Below are positions 1 through 10,055 of a stretch of 64,000 bases of DNA, in pieces. The notes beneath the pieces were generated by a model. The model saw only the letters and a program-made list of their open reading frames with translations. It was not told the DNA's origin and did not search any database. Source of the stretch: an uncultured Bacteroidales bacterium (GTDB taxonomy: Bacteria > Bacteroidota > Bacteroidia > Bacteroidales > UBA932). The translations under genes were made by a program, and so were the position numbers. The stretch is from positions 3,538-67,537 of the forward strand of contig CALVDL010000006.1 in the NCBI GenBank assembly GCA_944326305.1, in the 5' to 3' direction. Within the stretch, counting starts at the first letter, position 1; each line of letters begins with the position of its first letter.

Positions 1-1445
1 ATGTAGCCGTATACGCCGCTGTCGTTGCCGGCTGTAGTATTGAGTGTAGGGTCTATGAATTTGATGCACAGATATCCGGTCGGAGGATAGTTGTTGGATG
101 TCATAGGACCGTTTGCGCCCCTCTGGTAGAACTGGATGTCCGGTCTGACAACTGTTCCTGAGACCCATGTCTGGCCGCTCCAGAATATGTTGGCATAGAA
201 ACGCGGCTCTCTGCCGACGTACATGTTCATAGTATTGACAGGAGTTGTCTGAGGGGCTGTAGGGAACAGCTCGAAGAACGGGTTGACAAACTGGGTATAT
301 CCTGTCTCGGTATATCCTGATTCAGGGTCTATATCTATTACGCCCAGGCCGTTGTTGTATGAGGCGTCTTCCATGTTTGCAATAGGGTAACGCCCGTTTT
401 CCATCGCGAATGCATCGACAAGCTTCTGCGTAGCGGCGACTCCGCCATAAGACGTGCCCCCTATCCCCGATGGCGTACTGCCTATCCTCCATGCACGGCC
501 ATCTTCCTGCCTCACGAATATGTTCTCCGGGGAATTCATGCTTATGAACGCCTCATGGATATTTTCAATCGGAGAACGGTCCGGGTCATCGACGAGGCTG
601 TACTGGTTCATGTCAATGACAGCCTTGGCGGCATCGGCGGCCTCTTTCCAGCGCTCCCGGTCATATTCTGTATTGAAAAGCTGCTCTCCGAACCTGTTGA
701 CAACCCCGTCATACATGCCGGTGCCGTTCTGTCCGTTAAACAGCGGGGATGCATTGTACAGCAGCAGACGCGCCTTCATGGCAAGGGCAGCCCCCTTTGT
801 AGCACGCCCTAAGTCCTGTCCTCCCCAGGAGTCAGGAAGGGCCTCGGCGGCAAGGTCGTATTCATGGGCCACCCACCTTACGATGGTCTCCCATGGGGAA
901 CGGTCCACCTTGTCCAGGTCCGGGTCATTGAAGTCGACTGTCCCGTCCCCGTTGAATATGACCGGTCCGTTCCATTTCAGGAGCTCCGTATAGTAATATG
1001 CCCTAAGGAAACGGGCCTCCGCACTCCATATGGACTTTTCCTCGGGCGTGAGTTCAGGGCATGAGCCCACATTATCCATGAAGAACGTGGCTTCCCTTAT
1101 TCCCCTGTACTGGTCAGAGTAAGGTCCGGTGCGGTATCCGGCATGGATGGTCATCGGGGTAAGCTGGTTGTGCGTCCACAATGCAAACGAGCGGTTCCCC
1201 GTATAGGCACAGGAGGCCTCGTCAGAAGCAGGTATGGCCAGAGAATTCTTGTCATAGCCGCCGTCTTCCGCGTACCTGAGTACAAAAGAATATACGTTAA
1301 CGAGATATTCCCACGTTGATTCCTCCCGCTCAAAGACATTCTCCGAGGTCAGCTGGTCGTCCGGCTGCCTGTCCAGGAAACTGTCGCATGCCGCAACGGT
1401 GAGGGACAATATCAGCAATGATGTTATTCTGTGTATCTTTTCCAT
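1..1445 (-). CDS. RagB/SusD family lipoprotein (partial; 3' end runs off the left edge)
   Basis: Not in the ORF track because its stop is outside the window. Manual translation from ATG at 1445 gives MEKIHRITSLLILSLTVAACDSFLDRQPDDQLTSENVFERE, a lipobox Cys followed by the SusD-type FLDxxP start. It begins 26 nt after the susC stop. Confidence 0.9.
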   Translation of the reverse strand, partial: MEKIHRITSLLILSLTVAACDSFLDRQPDDQLTSENVFEREESTWEYLVNVYSFVLRYAEDGGYDKNSLAIPASDEASCAYTGNRSFALWTHNQLTPMTIHAGYRTGPYSDQYRGIREATFFMDNVGSCPELTPEEKSIWSAEARFLRAYYYTELLKWNGPVIFNGDGTVDFNDPDLDKVDRSPWETIVRWVAHEYDLAAEALPDSWGGQDLGRATKGAALAMKARLLLYNASPLFNGQNGTGMYDGVVNRFGEQLFNTEYDRERWKEAADAAKAVIDMNQYSLVDDPDRSPIENIHEAFISMNSPENIFVRQEDGRAWRIGSTPSGIGGTSYGGVAATQKLVDAFAMENGRYPIANMEDASYNNGLGVIDIDPESGYTETGYTQFVNPFFELFPTAPQTTPVNTMNMYVGREPRFYANIFWSGQTWVSGTVVRPDIQFYQRGANGPMTSNNYPPTGYLCIKFIDPTLNTTAGNDSGVYGY

Positions 1446-1471
1446 ATATGTTTTCTTTATAAAAGGTATTG

Positions 1472-4400
1472 TCAGAAGGACAATGTGACTCCAAGGTTGA
1501 CGACAATATTGTTCGGGTAGTTGTCAGGACCGGTCTGAAGGTCAGGGTCCCAGAGTTTGAACGGACTGAATGTCAGCAGGTTGGTCCCGGAAAGATAAAA
1601 TCTTATGTTGGAAAGCTTCATTTTCTGCGTCAGAGCCCTTGGTAAAGTATATCCTATTTCGGCATTCTTGAGCCTGAGATAGCTTCCGTCGACCATCCAG
1701 AAGTCCGAGCTGACGCTGTTGTTCTGGATATCATGGGTGGAAAGCCGCGGATATTTGGCCCCTGGGTTGTCTTCTGTCCAGTAATTTCCGTAGATGTCGC
1801 TGAAGATGTTGCTGTCAGCAGGCCTTGCCGCCGTAAAACCGCGTACCATCGTAGAGTTTATGGAGAAATTCACATGGTTTATGCCCTGGAAGAACACCGA
1901 TACGTCGAATCCCTTCCAAAGTACGGAGAGCCCGAAACCGTAGACTATCTCCGGGATGTCGGTGTAGCCGATGGCCTTCTGGTCAAGTTCATCAATCACC
2001 CCGTCCATGTTAAGGTCCTTATACTTGATGTCTCCAGGTTCGATGTCCCCGAAGAATGACTGGTCAGGAGACGAGGCTATGTCTTCCCAGTTCTGGAACA
2101 GCCCGTCGGAAACATAACCGAACTGCTGGAACCTTGCCTGTCCGGTCCTGTTCATGTAAGGCTCTGACCATGCCGGTTCATCCTGGTCCAGGATCACATT
2201 CCTGGCGAAAGTGAAGTTACCCATGGCCGAGAGTGTGACTTCCCCGATGGTGTGGTCGTACTGGAAGGATGCGTCCCAGCCCTGGTTGCGCATCTTTCCC
2301 ATATTGACGTAAGGGTCCGATGTTATGCCCACATATACAGGTATGGAGTTGCGCTGCAGGAATATACCCGAGCGGTATTCATGGAAGTAGTCCACCTGGA
2401 GCTTCAGTTTGTCGAACAGGGACAACTCCACTCCCAGATCCAGTTTCCTTGCCTTTTCCCAGCCGACCTGGTCGTTGGGCCACTCTCCCATTATCAATGA
2501 GTTCTCGCTGTGTACCGATTCTCCGAAATAATAGCTGTTCCCGTCATTTATCGTCTCTAGGTAGATGAACCTCCGGTTACCTCCTATCTGGTCGTTGCCG
2601 ACAAGTCCGTAAGAACCTTTTATCTTGAATTCGCTGACAACATCCGATACAGGCTCCCAGAATTTTTCGTTCGAGAGCATCCATCCGGCAGCCACTGAAG
2701 GGAAGAACCCGAAGCGATGGCCCGGAGAGAAGTTTTCGGAACCGTTGTAACCTGCGTTGAATTCAATGAAATACCGGTTTGCATAGTTGTATGTGGCACG
2801 GAAGGCAAGGCCCTGATGGCGGTACGGAAGGGCAGCCTGCGAATCGGTGGCGCTGTTCCCGATGTAGTTTCTCTGTGACTGCTGGTACAGAAGGAGCCCG
2901 GAGACATTGTGCTTTCCGAAAGACCTGAGATAATTGGCGCTTGCCTCAAGGTACAGTGACCGCCATCCGCCGTTGCCGTAAGAAAAGTCGAGAGTCTGGG
3001 AACCTTCCACGAGCTGGGTCATCTGCAGTACTCCCTGTTCGTCGCGGTAGGCATTGCCCCACTGCTCCGCGGTCTTGGTCCTGTTCTGGTATGCCGTATT
3101 CTGTGCGTCGAAAGATGCCTTTAATGTAGCCGTGAGACCTGTAGTCAGCCATGAGAAATCATGTGTGATGCTGGCGAGGGACTGCGCATTGTTGTAAAAG
3201 TTCTGCCTGTAGCCGGTCTGGGTCAGCAGTGCATAAGGGTTGTATCCCTGCTGCCCTCCCGGTCCCGGATACTTTCCGTTTGAATATACCGGAGGGAAAA
3301 TGTTGGACGGTGCCTTCAGGGCATATTCCCATATGGTGTCCGCATTTGTCCCGCCCTGGTTCTTCTGTTCGAAAGTGGTCGCAAGATTGATATTCATGGA
3401 AGTATAGCGGGTTATCTTTACGTCCACGTTGGCCCTGAAATTGAATTTGCGGTAATAGGTGCCCGTGTTGTAGTTCAGCATCGGGTCATTCTTGAAGAGC
3501 CCGTTCTCATTGTAGAAACCTCCTGAGACGTAATATTTCACCGTGCTGTTGCCGCCGCTTACGTTTACGTTGGCCCTCGTGTTGTTGCTGATGTCCTTGA
3601 AAATGGTATTCACCCAGTCCACGTTAGGATAGAGATCAGGGTCCGAACGGTCTATCACCCTGTTAATGTATTCCGGGCTGTAATATTCATACCCTGCCGC
3701 ATCATTGTACATCTGGCAGAACTGCACTGCGTCTGCCATATCAGGGATCTTCGTAGGGGAGACAATCCCGCTCTCCACCTTGACCGTGACCTTCGGCTTG
3801 CCGGCATCCCCGCTGCGTGTGGTGATGAGGATGACCCCGTTTGCGCCCCGTACACCGTAGACAGCAGTAGCTGCCGCGTCCTTCAGGACAGAGAACTCCT
3901 TGATATCCTCAACATCCACGAGATCCAGATCACGCTCTATGCCGTCCACCAGGACAAGCGGATTGGAATTGGCACCGAACGTGCTAATTCCCCGTATCCA
4001 GAACGTTGACCCCTGCCCTGGCTCACCGCTCCTCTGTACGGATATGACACCGGAAAGCCGCCCTGCCAGCGAATTGGATATCTTCGATACCGGGACCTTC
4101 ATTTCCGCAGGGCTGACAGAAGCTATCGCCCCGACGATACTGGTCCTTGTCTGGTGGCCGTACCCTATGGCCACAGCCTCGTCTATCTGGTTCTCGTTGG
4201 GCTCAAGCCTGACATTGATCATCTGAACGCCTTTCCCGACCGCAATCTCCTGGTCAAGATATCCGAGATAAGAGACACTTATGTAGCCGTAGTTCCCCTT
4301 GAATGACATCTCGTACTTGCCGTCCACGTCCGTAACCACTCCTATTGGGGTATCCTTCACCCACACCGCGGCACCTATGACAGGCTCCCCGGTAATGGCG

Positions 4401-4762
4401 TCCGTCACTGTCCCGGCTATCACAGTCTCGGAATCCGCTCCGGGCCCGTCACCTTTACCGGCATCCTTGGTTATGGCTACGATGTTGCCTTTGATGTCAT
4501 ACTTCAACGGAGGAGAGATGATCTCCGAAAGCACTTGTGCGATTGAAGACCTGACGAAGTCCGCCGTCACCCTCGGTGCGGTGCGAAGGTCCTCGCTTTC
4601 ATAAATGAAAGAATAATCTGTCAGCTGTTCAAGCTCCCTGATGACATCCGACAGAGCCATGTCCCTGAATTCCCGAGTGACATCCTGGGCATATCCCGGC
4701 AGATGCACGGCCCAGAAAGCCAGTACGAGGAACAGGCATTTAAACAATCTTCTGTTCTTCAT
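1472..4762 (-). CDS. SusC/RagA family TonB-dependent transporter with N-terminal STN signalling domain
   Basis: 1096 aa. Signal peptide, STN-like segment, CarboxypepD_reg-like domain (GTVTDAITGEPVIGA), SusC plug motifs (PLVLVDG, LKDAAATAVYGVRGANGVILITT), C-terminal aromatic residue. Confidence 0.95.
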   Translation of the reverse strand: MKNRRLFKCLFLVLAFWAVHLPGYAQDVTREFRDMALSDVIRELEQLTDYSFIYESEDLRTAPRVTADFVRSSIAQVLSEIISPPLKYDIKGNIVAITKDAGKGDGPGADSETVIAGTVTDAITGEPVIGAAVWVKDTPIGVVTDVDGKYEMSFKGNYGYISVSYLGYLDQEIAVGKGVQMINVRLEPNENQIDEAVAIGYGHQTRTSIVGAIASVSPAEMKVPVSKISNSLAGRLSGVISVQRSGEPGQGSTFWIRGISTFGANSNPLVLVDGIERDLDLVDVEDIKEFSVLKDAAATAVYGVRGANGVILITTRSGDAGKPKVTVKVESGIVSPTKIPDMADAVQFCQMYNDAAGYEYYSPEYINRVIDRSDPDLYPNVDWVNTIFKDISNNTRANVNVSGGNSTVKYYVSGGFYNENGLFKNDPMLNYNTGTYYRKFNFRANVDVKITRYTSMNINLATTFEQKNQGGTNADTIWEYALKAPSNIFPPVYSNGKYPGPGGQQGYNPYALLTQTGYRQNFYNNAQSLASITHDFSWLTTGLTATLKASFDAQNTAYQNRTKTAEQWGNAYRDEQGVLQMTQLVEGSQTLDFSYGNGGWRSLYLEASANYLRSFGKHNVSGLLLYQQSQRNYIGNSATDSQAALPYRHQGLAFRATYNYANRYFIEFNAGYNGSENFSPGHRFGFFPSVAAGWMLSNEKFWEPVSDVVSEFKIKGSYGLVGNDQIGGNRRFIYLETINDGNSYYFGESVHSENSLIMGEWPNDQVGWEKARKLDLGVELSLFDKLKLQVDYFHEYRSGIFLQRNSIPVYVGITSDPYVNMGKMRNQGWDASFQYDHTIGEVTLSAMGNFTFARNVILDQDEPAWSEPYMNRTGQARFQQFGYVSDGLFQNWEDIASSPDQSFFGDIEPGDIKYKDLNMDGVIDELDQKAIGYTDIPEIVYGFGLSVLWKGFDVSVFFQGINHVNFSINSTMVRGFTAARPADSNIFSDIYGNYWTEDNPGAKYPRLSTHDIQNNSVSSDFWMVDGSYLRLKNAEIGYTLPRALTQKMKLSNIRFYLSGTNLLTFSPFKLWDPDLQTGPDNYPNNIVVNLGVTLSF

Positions 4763-4818
4763 TTTTCAAGTCAGATAAATTATTGAATAATAGAGTTAAA
4801 TGGTATGTCCGCCTGTAA

Positions 4819-5784
4819 TCAGCGTTCTTTTATGTATATTTTTCCGTCTTTCATCTCATATTCCATAGGGGCGACGAATGAGATGGCTTCAAGAAGATCG
4901 GACAGGGACTCGTCGCCGTTGAGGATGATCCTGAATTTCTTTTCCCTGTATTTTTCCGGGAAATAGACAAAGTCCACTCCATATATGGAGGAAAGCCTGT
5001 CGAGCAGCTTGTCCAGCGTCACCTCGGGATAGTCGAGCTTCCCGTTTATCCATGCGGCATAGCTGTCCACGTCGGCCTGGCTGCGGAGGATGCTCTCATC
5101 CTTCAGGTCGTACGTCAGCACCTCACCGGGATGCAGGTCTACAATGGCATTCTCTGAACGGAAGATTATGGATCCTTCAAGCAGGGCTGCGGTAATGTCC
5201 TCCTCTGAACTGTATGCGGCTACATCGAAACGGGTGCCCTTGACTGTTATGGAGCTCCCGCCGAGCTCCACAATGAAAGGGAGGTCCTCATCGTGCGTGA
5301 CATCGAAGAATGCTTCTCCTGACAGGCTGACCTTCCTGTCTTCCCTGTTGAAGCTGTCCGAATAGGTCAGTGTAGTGGCGGCATGCAGCCATACTTCCGT
5401 ACTGTCAGGCAGTATCAGGCGCGTCTTCTCCCCGTATCCGGTACTTACAGTCGTAAGGTACAGCTGCCGGGATCCCGTATCCCCTCCGGAACGGATACCT
5501 GTCACTACCAGCAGGACAGCGATGGCCGCTGCTGCGGAAGACAGGCATATCCTAAGTATGCGTATCCTCCTTCTGGCGACTATACGTCCTGTCATAGCCT
5601 CGAAGGACTGCCTCTGGGCGACAGTAGGTATATTTCCTGCCTTCCACTCTTCCTCCAGGGCATCATACTCTGCCCTCGCCTGCTCCGAAGTAGATATGCG
5701 GTCATAGAGTTCCTTTTCGGAACTGCGGTCGGACTTTCCTTCAAAATACAGGAAAGCCAGCCTTTTCAGGGAGTCCTTGTCCAT
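4819..5784 (-). CDS. FecR family anti-sigma factor
   Basis: 321 aa. One TM helix, then LPDSTEVWLHA, GEAFFDVTHD and VKGTRFDV motifs. Lies between the ECF sigma and susC. Confidence 0.93.
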   Translation of the reverse strand: MDKDSLKRLAFLYFEGKSDRSSEKELYDRISTSEQARAEYDALEEEWKAGNIPTVAQRQSFEAMTGRIVARRRIRILRICLSSAAAAIAVLLVVTGIRSGGDTGSRQLYLTTVSTGYGEKTRLILPDSTEVWLHAATTLTYSDSFNREDRKVSLSGEAFFDVTHDEDLPFIVELGGSSITVKGTRFDVAAYSSEEDITAALLEGSIIFRSENAIVDLHPGEVLTYDLKDESILRSQADVDSYAAWINGKLDYPEVTLDKLLDRLSSIYGVDFVYFPEKYREKKFRIILNGDESLSDLLEAISFVAPMEYEMKDGKIYIKER

Positions 5785-5804
5785 ATCATGCCGTTTTTTA
5801 TGTT

Positions 5805-5836
5805 AAAAACGAACAGGAGGCGTCTCCCCCTACCCC
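5805..5836 (-). promoter_or_regulatory. Possible ECF-dependent promoter upstream of fecR-susC-susD
   Basis: GGGGTAG-N15-GTTCGTTTTT about 20 nt upstream of the fecR start. Assignment rests on position and is inference. Confidence 0.3.
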
Positions 5837-5867
5837 GGAAACGGGAATTTATTGTTAAGATTATATT

Positions 5868-6437
5868 TCAGGCACTGAGAAGGAAAAGCAGCAGGAGCCT
5901 CAGGTCATGTCCGAGATAGCCGCTTTTGTGCAGTTCTTCCTTGAAAACCCTGAGGGCGCGGGAGATATGTTTCTCGACAGCCTTTTCCGATATTCCGAGG
6001 CTGGAGGCTATCTCCCTGTTCTTCATGCCGCGGAAACGGCTCATGACGAAAACCTCCCTGCATTTTTCAGGGAGACGGTCCAGGACATTGCTGATCTGGG
6101 CAGACAGTTCTCCATAGATGGTCTTGCTGTCCGAATGGAAGTCAGAATGGTAAAGGCGGTCTTCGCATACTTCGGAAAGAGGGGTCACGAAGGCCCTGGT
6201 CCCGGAAAACTCCAGATGCCTGAGCCTGTCTATGCACCGGTTCCTGACCATGGTAAAAAGGAGGGGATGCCATTCTTCGGATTCCTTTCCCTTATATTTC
6301 TCCCAGAGGTGGATATATGCATCCTGAACGATGTCTCCGGCCATGGCCCTGTCGGACAGATAATGTGAAGCGTAGTTGCACAACCTGTCGCTATACTCGT
6401 AGTATAGATTCTCGAATGATGTGTTATCAAGCAGCAT
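5868..6437 (-). CDS. ECF RNA polymerase sigma-70 factor (Bacteroides PUL-associated type)
   Basis: Region 2 (DIVQDAYIHLW, LFTMVRNRCIDRLR) and region 4 (LPEKCREVFVMSR, EIASSLGISEKAVEKHISRAL). ATG at 6437 preferred over TTG at 6479. Confidence 0.93.
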   Translation of the reverse strand: MLLDNTSFENLYYEYSDRLCNYASHYLSDRAMAGDIVQDAYIHLWEKYKGKESEEWHPLLFTMVRNRCIDRLRHLEFSGTRAFVTPLSEVCEDRLYHSDFHSDSKTIYGELSAQISNVLDRLPEKCREVFVMSRFRGMKNREIASSLGISEKAVEKHISRALRVFKEELHKSGYLGHDLRLLLLFLLSA

Positions 6438-6510
6438 ATTCAGGATGCCAAAGTTACACTCTGCCGTGAAATTTTGCAAGAATTTTTTCCTGACCGGGAA
6501 GTACGCAATA

Positions 6511-6541
6511 TTGGTTCTTATATTACATTTTTATAACTTTG
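6511..6541 (+). promoter_or_regulatory. Bacteroidota housekeeping promoter (-33/-7) for the tricorn-like protease
   Basis: TTG at 6511-6513, 20-nt spacer, TAACTTTG at 6534-6541. Confidence 0.6.
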
Positions 6542-6625
6542 CAAGTCCCTCTGACCCTGCCACAGGCAGGACCACGACACATAACTTACTATAAATAAAG
6601 AAATTATTCTTAATTTCAATTTTAT

Positions 6626-9600
6626 ATGAAACAAATTCTCATGACCGTTTCAGCCCTGCTCCTCGCAGGGAGCATGTCCGCGGCTGAAGACTCCCCTCTG
6701 TGGTTACGAAGAAACTGCATCTCTCCCGACGGGAGCAAGATCGCATTCTGCTATAAGGGGGACATCTATGTAGTGAATTCAGCCGGAGGCAAGGCTGTGC
6801 AGATCACCAGCAACCCAGCCTATGATTCGGACCCGATCTGGACACCGGACGGAAAGAGCATTGTATTCAGCTCCTACCGTGATGCAGACAAGGACATCTA
6901 TATTACATCCGCTGAAGGGGGCTCGCCGGCAAGGGTGACTGCCTATCCCGGGAAAGAGACCCCGCTCGCAGTCCTTCCGGACGGCAGGATCGTCTTCTCG
7001 GCAAACCTGCAGCAGGATGCATCCTATGACGGGTTCCCGGGAAACGCAGCACAGCTGTATGCGGTAGGCCCTGAAGGAGGGAGGCCGGAATTCATCACAT
7101 CCCTTCCCGTATCCAGCCTGAGCATAAACAAAGACGGCATTGTCCTCTATGAGGACTGGAAAGGATATGAAGACCCTTTCAGGAAACACCACACTTCGTC
7201 CGTCACTCGTGATGTATGGGTCTACAGGCCGGCCCCGGGCCAGAACGGCTTCGGAATAAACGGTCAGGGCTCTTTCGAAAAACTATCAACCTTCAAGGGA
7301 GAGGACAGGAATCCGGTATTCGCCTCCGACGGGGACACGTTCTACTATCTCAGCGAGCAGGACGGCTCCTTTAATATATACAGGAGTTCCCTTTCGGACC
7401 CGGAGGAATCTGTCCAGATAACCCGTAACACCACACATCCTGTCAGATACATTTCCGTTGCCGGGGACGGTACACTCTCTTTCTCATATAACGGCGAGCT
7501 GTATACTGTCCGGGAAGGCCAGGAGCCGGAAAAGGTGAAAATAAGCATTGTCTCCGACCAGATTGAAAGGGAGAACATCATGAGGAACATCTCCAGCGGG
7601 GCCTCCGACCTGGCCGTCTCGCCTAACGGGAAAGAAGTGGCTGTCATCCTCAGAGGAGACGTATTTGTCACTTCTGTAGAATACAATACCACAAAGCGCA
7701 TCACCGATACCCCGGAGCAGGAAAGGGACCTGTGCTTCTCCGAAGACGGAAAGACACTGTACTATTCCTCTGAAAGGAACGGCCACTGGGGCATATACTC
7801 AACTTCCCTTACGGACAAGGACGACAAGTATTTTACCTACAGCGTCAAGATGGAGGAGAAAATGGTCACGGATCCTGCCCAGACATGCTTCCAGCCCGCA
7901 GTCTCCCCTGACGGGAAATGGCTCGGGTTCCTGCGTGACAGGACAGAACTGGTGGTAAAGGATATAAAGACAGGAAAAGAAAAGTCACTGCACAGGAACG
8001 TCAACTATTCATACTCCGACGGAGACCAGAGCTTCTCATGGAGCCCGGACAGCAGATACATCCTGTGCAACTGGCAGGCTGACGGGGGATGGAACAACGA
8101 GGACATAGCCCTCGTGGACATCGAGACCGGAAAGATCACAGACCTGACGGAAAGCGGCTATACCGACGGCGCGTTCAGGTGGGCGCTCAAAGGAAAGGCG
8201 ATGACATGGATGTCAGACCGTGCCGGGTACAGAAGCCATGGAAGCTGGGGCTCTGAATATGATATATATGCGATGTTCTTTGACGGGAAGGAGTTCTACA
8301 AGTTCACCCGCGACAAGGAAAGCGATGCAATGGAAGACCTGCTGGCTGATGAAAAAGAGGTGAAGAAGGAAGAAAAGAAGGAGGAGAAGGAAGCAAAGGA
8401 CTCGACAAAGGCAGAAAAGAAAACAGAGAAACTCATACTCGACCTCGAGAACAAGGATGACAGGATTGTACGTCTGACAAGGTTCTCCGGCAGGCTCGGC
8501 GACCACTACCTCAATCCGGAAGGGACAAAGCTCTACTATGTGAGCCGCCTCGAAAAAAGCTACGACCTCTGCGTCCTTGACATCAAGGAAGGCGACATCA
8601 GCGTAATGGCAAGGGGTGTATCAGGAAGCATCTACCCGACAAAAGACGGGAATTCCTTCTATGTACTCAGCGGGAACGGGATAACCAAATTCGACCTGAA
8701 CTCCGGCTCGCAGAAGCACATTTCCTTCTCCGGTGAATTCAACTACAGGCCGGCAAAAGAGCGGGAATACATCTTCAGCCATGTATGGAAACAGGTATCC
8801 GAGAAATTCTACGACAAAGACATCCACGGCATCGACTGGGCCATGTACAGGGACGCATACAGCAGATTCCTTCCTTACATAGACAACAACTATGATTTCC
8901 AGGAGATGCTCTCCGAACTGCTTGGAGAACTTAACGGTTCGCATACCGGGGCAAGGTACTACGGAGCTCCGACAAAGAGCATGGGCCGGCTCGGGTTCAT
9001 ACCGGACTACAGCTATCAGGGCGACGGTCTGAAAATCGCTGAAGTGCTCAAGGGTGGCCCGCTCCATATCACCGATCCTGAAATCAAGGCCGGGGATATA
9101 ATCGAGGCTATTGACGGACAGAATATTACGGCAGGAATGGACTGGTTCCCCCTCTTGACAATGAAAGGAGGCGACAAAGTACTCGTGACAGTAAAGAAGG
9201 GAAAAAAGAGCGAGGAAATCTATGTTGAAGCCGGATACAGCGACTATTCACAGCTGTACAAAAGATGGGTAAGGCAGCGCGAGGAAATGGTAGAAAAACT
9301 GTCCGGAGGACGTGTAGGTTATGTTCATGTGGCAGGTATGGACTCCGACAGCTTCAGGGAAGTATATTCGAAACTGCTCGGGAAGTACAGGACGGCCGAG
9401 GCGGTCATCGTCGACACAAGGAACAACGGAGGCGGATGGCTGCATGACGACCTTGCGACACTGCTTGACGGAAAGGCCTATATCAAATTCGAACCGAGAG
9501 GGCAGTACATCGGGACCGAGCCTTACAGCAAATGGACAAAACCTTCATGCGTACTGGTTGGAGAGAACAATTATTCCGATGCCTGCGGGTTCCCTTACGT

Positions 9601-9871
9601 ATACAAGACCCTCGGCATAGGGAAGCTCATCGGGGCACCTGTCCCGGGGACAATGACCGCCGTATGGTGGGAGCAGCAGATAGACCCTACCATCATTTTC
9701 GGCATACCTCAGGTAGGGGCAGTAGGCCTGAAGGAAGGCCGTTATCTGGAGAACATGCAGATAGAGCCGGACATCCTGGTATACAACGACCCGGCATCAG
9801 TCCTGAACGGTGAGGACAAGCAGCTGGAAGCGGCTGTCAAGGAAATGCTCAAGGAAATAGAAGCCAAATAA
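6626..9871 (+). CDS. Tricorn-like S41 family peptidase
   Basis: 1081 aa. Signal peptide, PD40/beta-propeller repeats (ISPDGSKIAF, SPDGKWLGF), PDZ domain, S41 core (DTRNNGGG, NYSDA, GKLIGAPVPG). Confidence 0.92.
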   Translation: MKQILMTVSALLLAGSMSAAEDSPLWLRRNCISPDGSKIAFCYKGDIYVVNSAGGKAVQITSNPAYDSDPIWTPDGKSIVFSSYRDADKDIYITSAEGGSPARVTAYPGKETPLAVLPDGRIVFSANLQQDASYDGFPGNAAQLYAVGPEGGRPEFITSLPVSSLSINKDGIVLYEDWKGYEDPFRKHHTSSVTRDVWVYRPAPGQNGFGINGQGSFEKLSTFKGEDRNPVFASDGDTFYYLSEQDGSFNIYRSSLSDPEESVQITRNTTHPVRYISVAGDGTLSFSYNGELYTVREGQEPEKVKISIVSDQIERENIMRNISSGASDLAVSPNGKEVAVILRGDVFVTSVEYNTTKRITDTPEQERDLCFSEDGKTLYYSSERNGHWGIYSTSLTDKDDKYFTYSVKMEEKMVTDPAQTCFQPAVSPDGKWLGFLRDRTELVVKDIKTGKEKSLHRNVNYSYSDGDQSFSWSPDSRYILCNWQADGGWNNEDIALVDIETGKITDLTESGYTDGAFRWALKGKAMTWMSDRAGYRSHGSWGSEYDIYAMFFDGKEFYKFTRDKESDAMEDLLADEKEVKKEEKKEEKEAKDSTKAEKKTEKLILDLENKDDRIVRLTRFSGRLGDHYLNPEGTKLYYVSRLEKSYDLCVLDIKEGDISVMARGVSGSIYPTKDGNSFYVLSGNGITKFDLNSGSQKHISFSGEFNYRPAKEREYIFSHVWKQVSEKFYDKDIHGIDWAMYRDAYSRFLPYIDNNYDFQEMLSELLGELNGSHTGARYYGAPTKSMGRLGFIPDYSYQGDGLKIAEVLKGGPLHITDPEIKAGDIIEAIDGQNITAGMDWFPLLTMKGGDKVLVTVKKGKKSEEIYVEAGYSDYSQLYKRWVRQREEMVEKLSGGRVGYVHVAGMDSDSFREVYSKLLGKYRTAEAVIVDTRNNGGGWLHDDLATLLDGKAYIKFEPRGQYIGTEPYSKWTKPSCVLVGENNYSDACGFPYVYKTLGIGKLIGAPVPGTMTAVWWEQQIDPTIIFGIPQVGAVGLKEGRYLENMQIEPDILVYNDPASVLNGEDKQLEAAVKEMLKEIEAK

Positions 9872-9884
9872 GGCAGCTATATTG

Positions 9885-9947
9885 AAAAACGGCTGGAGAC
9901 AGCACCTGAAAGTCTTGAGAGACTTTGGTGCGTTTTCAGCCGTTTTT
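9885..9947. terminator. Long hairpin / probable intrinsic terminator after the protease
   Basis: Outer arms AAAAACGGCTG and CAGCCGTTTTT enclosing GCACC/GGTGC and AAAGTCT/AGACTTT stems. Confidence 0.7.
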
Positions 9948-10003
9948 GCGTATATTTGACTTTCGGTCATTTATACTGTCTGCGCCTCGGCAAAGCAAGT
10001 AAA

Positions 10004-10035
10004 TTTGTTCTGCACTCGGCTTCTGCGTATATTTG
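10004..10035 (+). promoter_or_regulatory. Housekeeping promoter for the GT2-pyrC-EamA operon
   Basis: TTTG at 10004-10007, N20, TATATTTG at 10028-10035. A second TGCGTATATTTG copy lies at 9947-9958. Confidence 0.6.
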
Positions 10036-10055
10036 GCCTGTAAATTTAAAATTCT

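Noticed and set aside
454-1339. Plus-strand ORFs 454-993, 555-812, 864-1064 and minus ORF 1151-1339
   Set aside because: Shadows of the partial susD gene on the minus strand, with no recognisable motifs.
8340-8425. Lys/Glu-rich low-complexity repeat in the tricorn-like protease
   Set aside because: A typical charged linker in this family, not a DNA repeat element.
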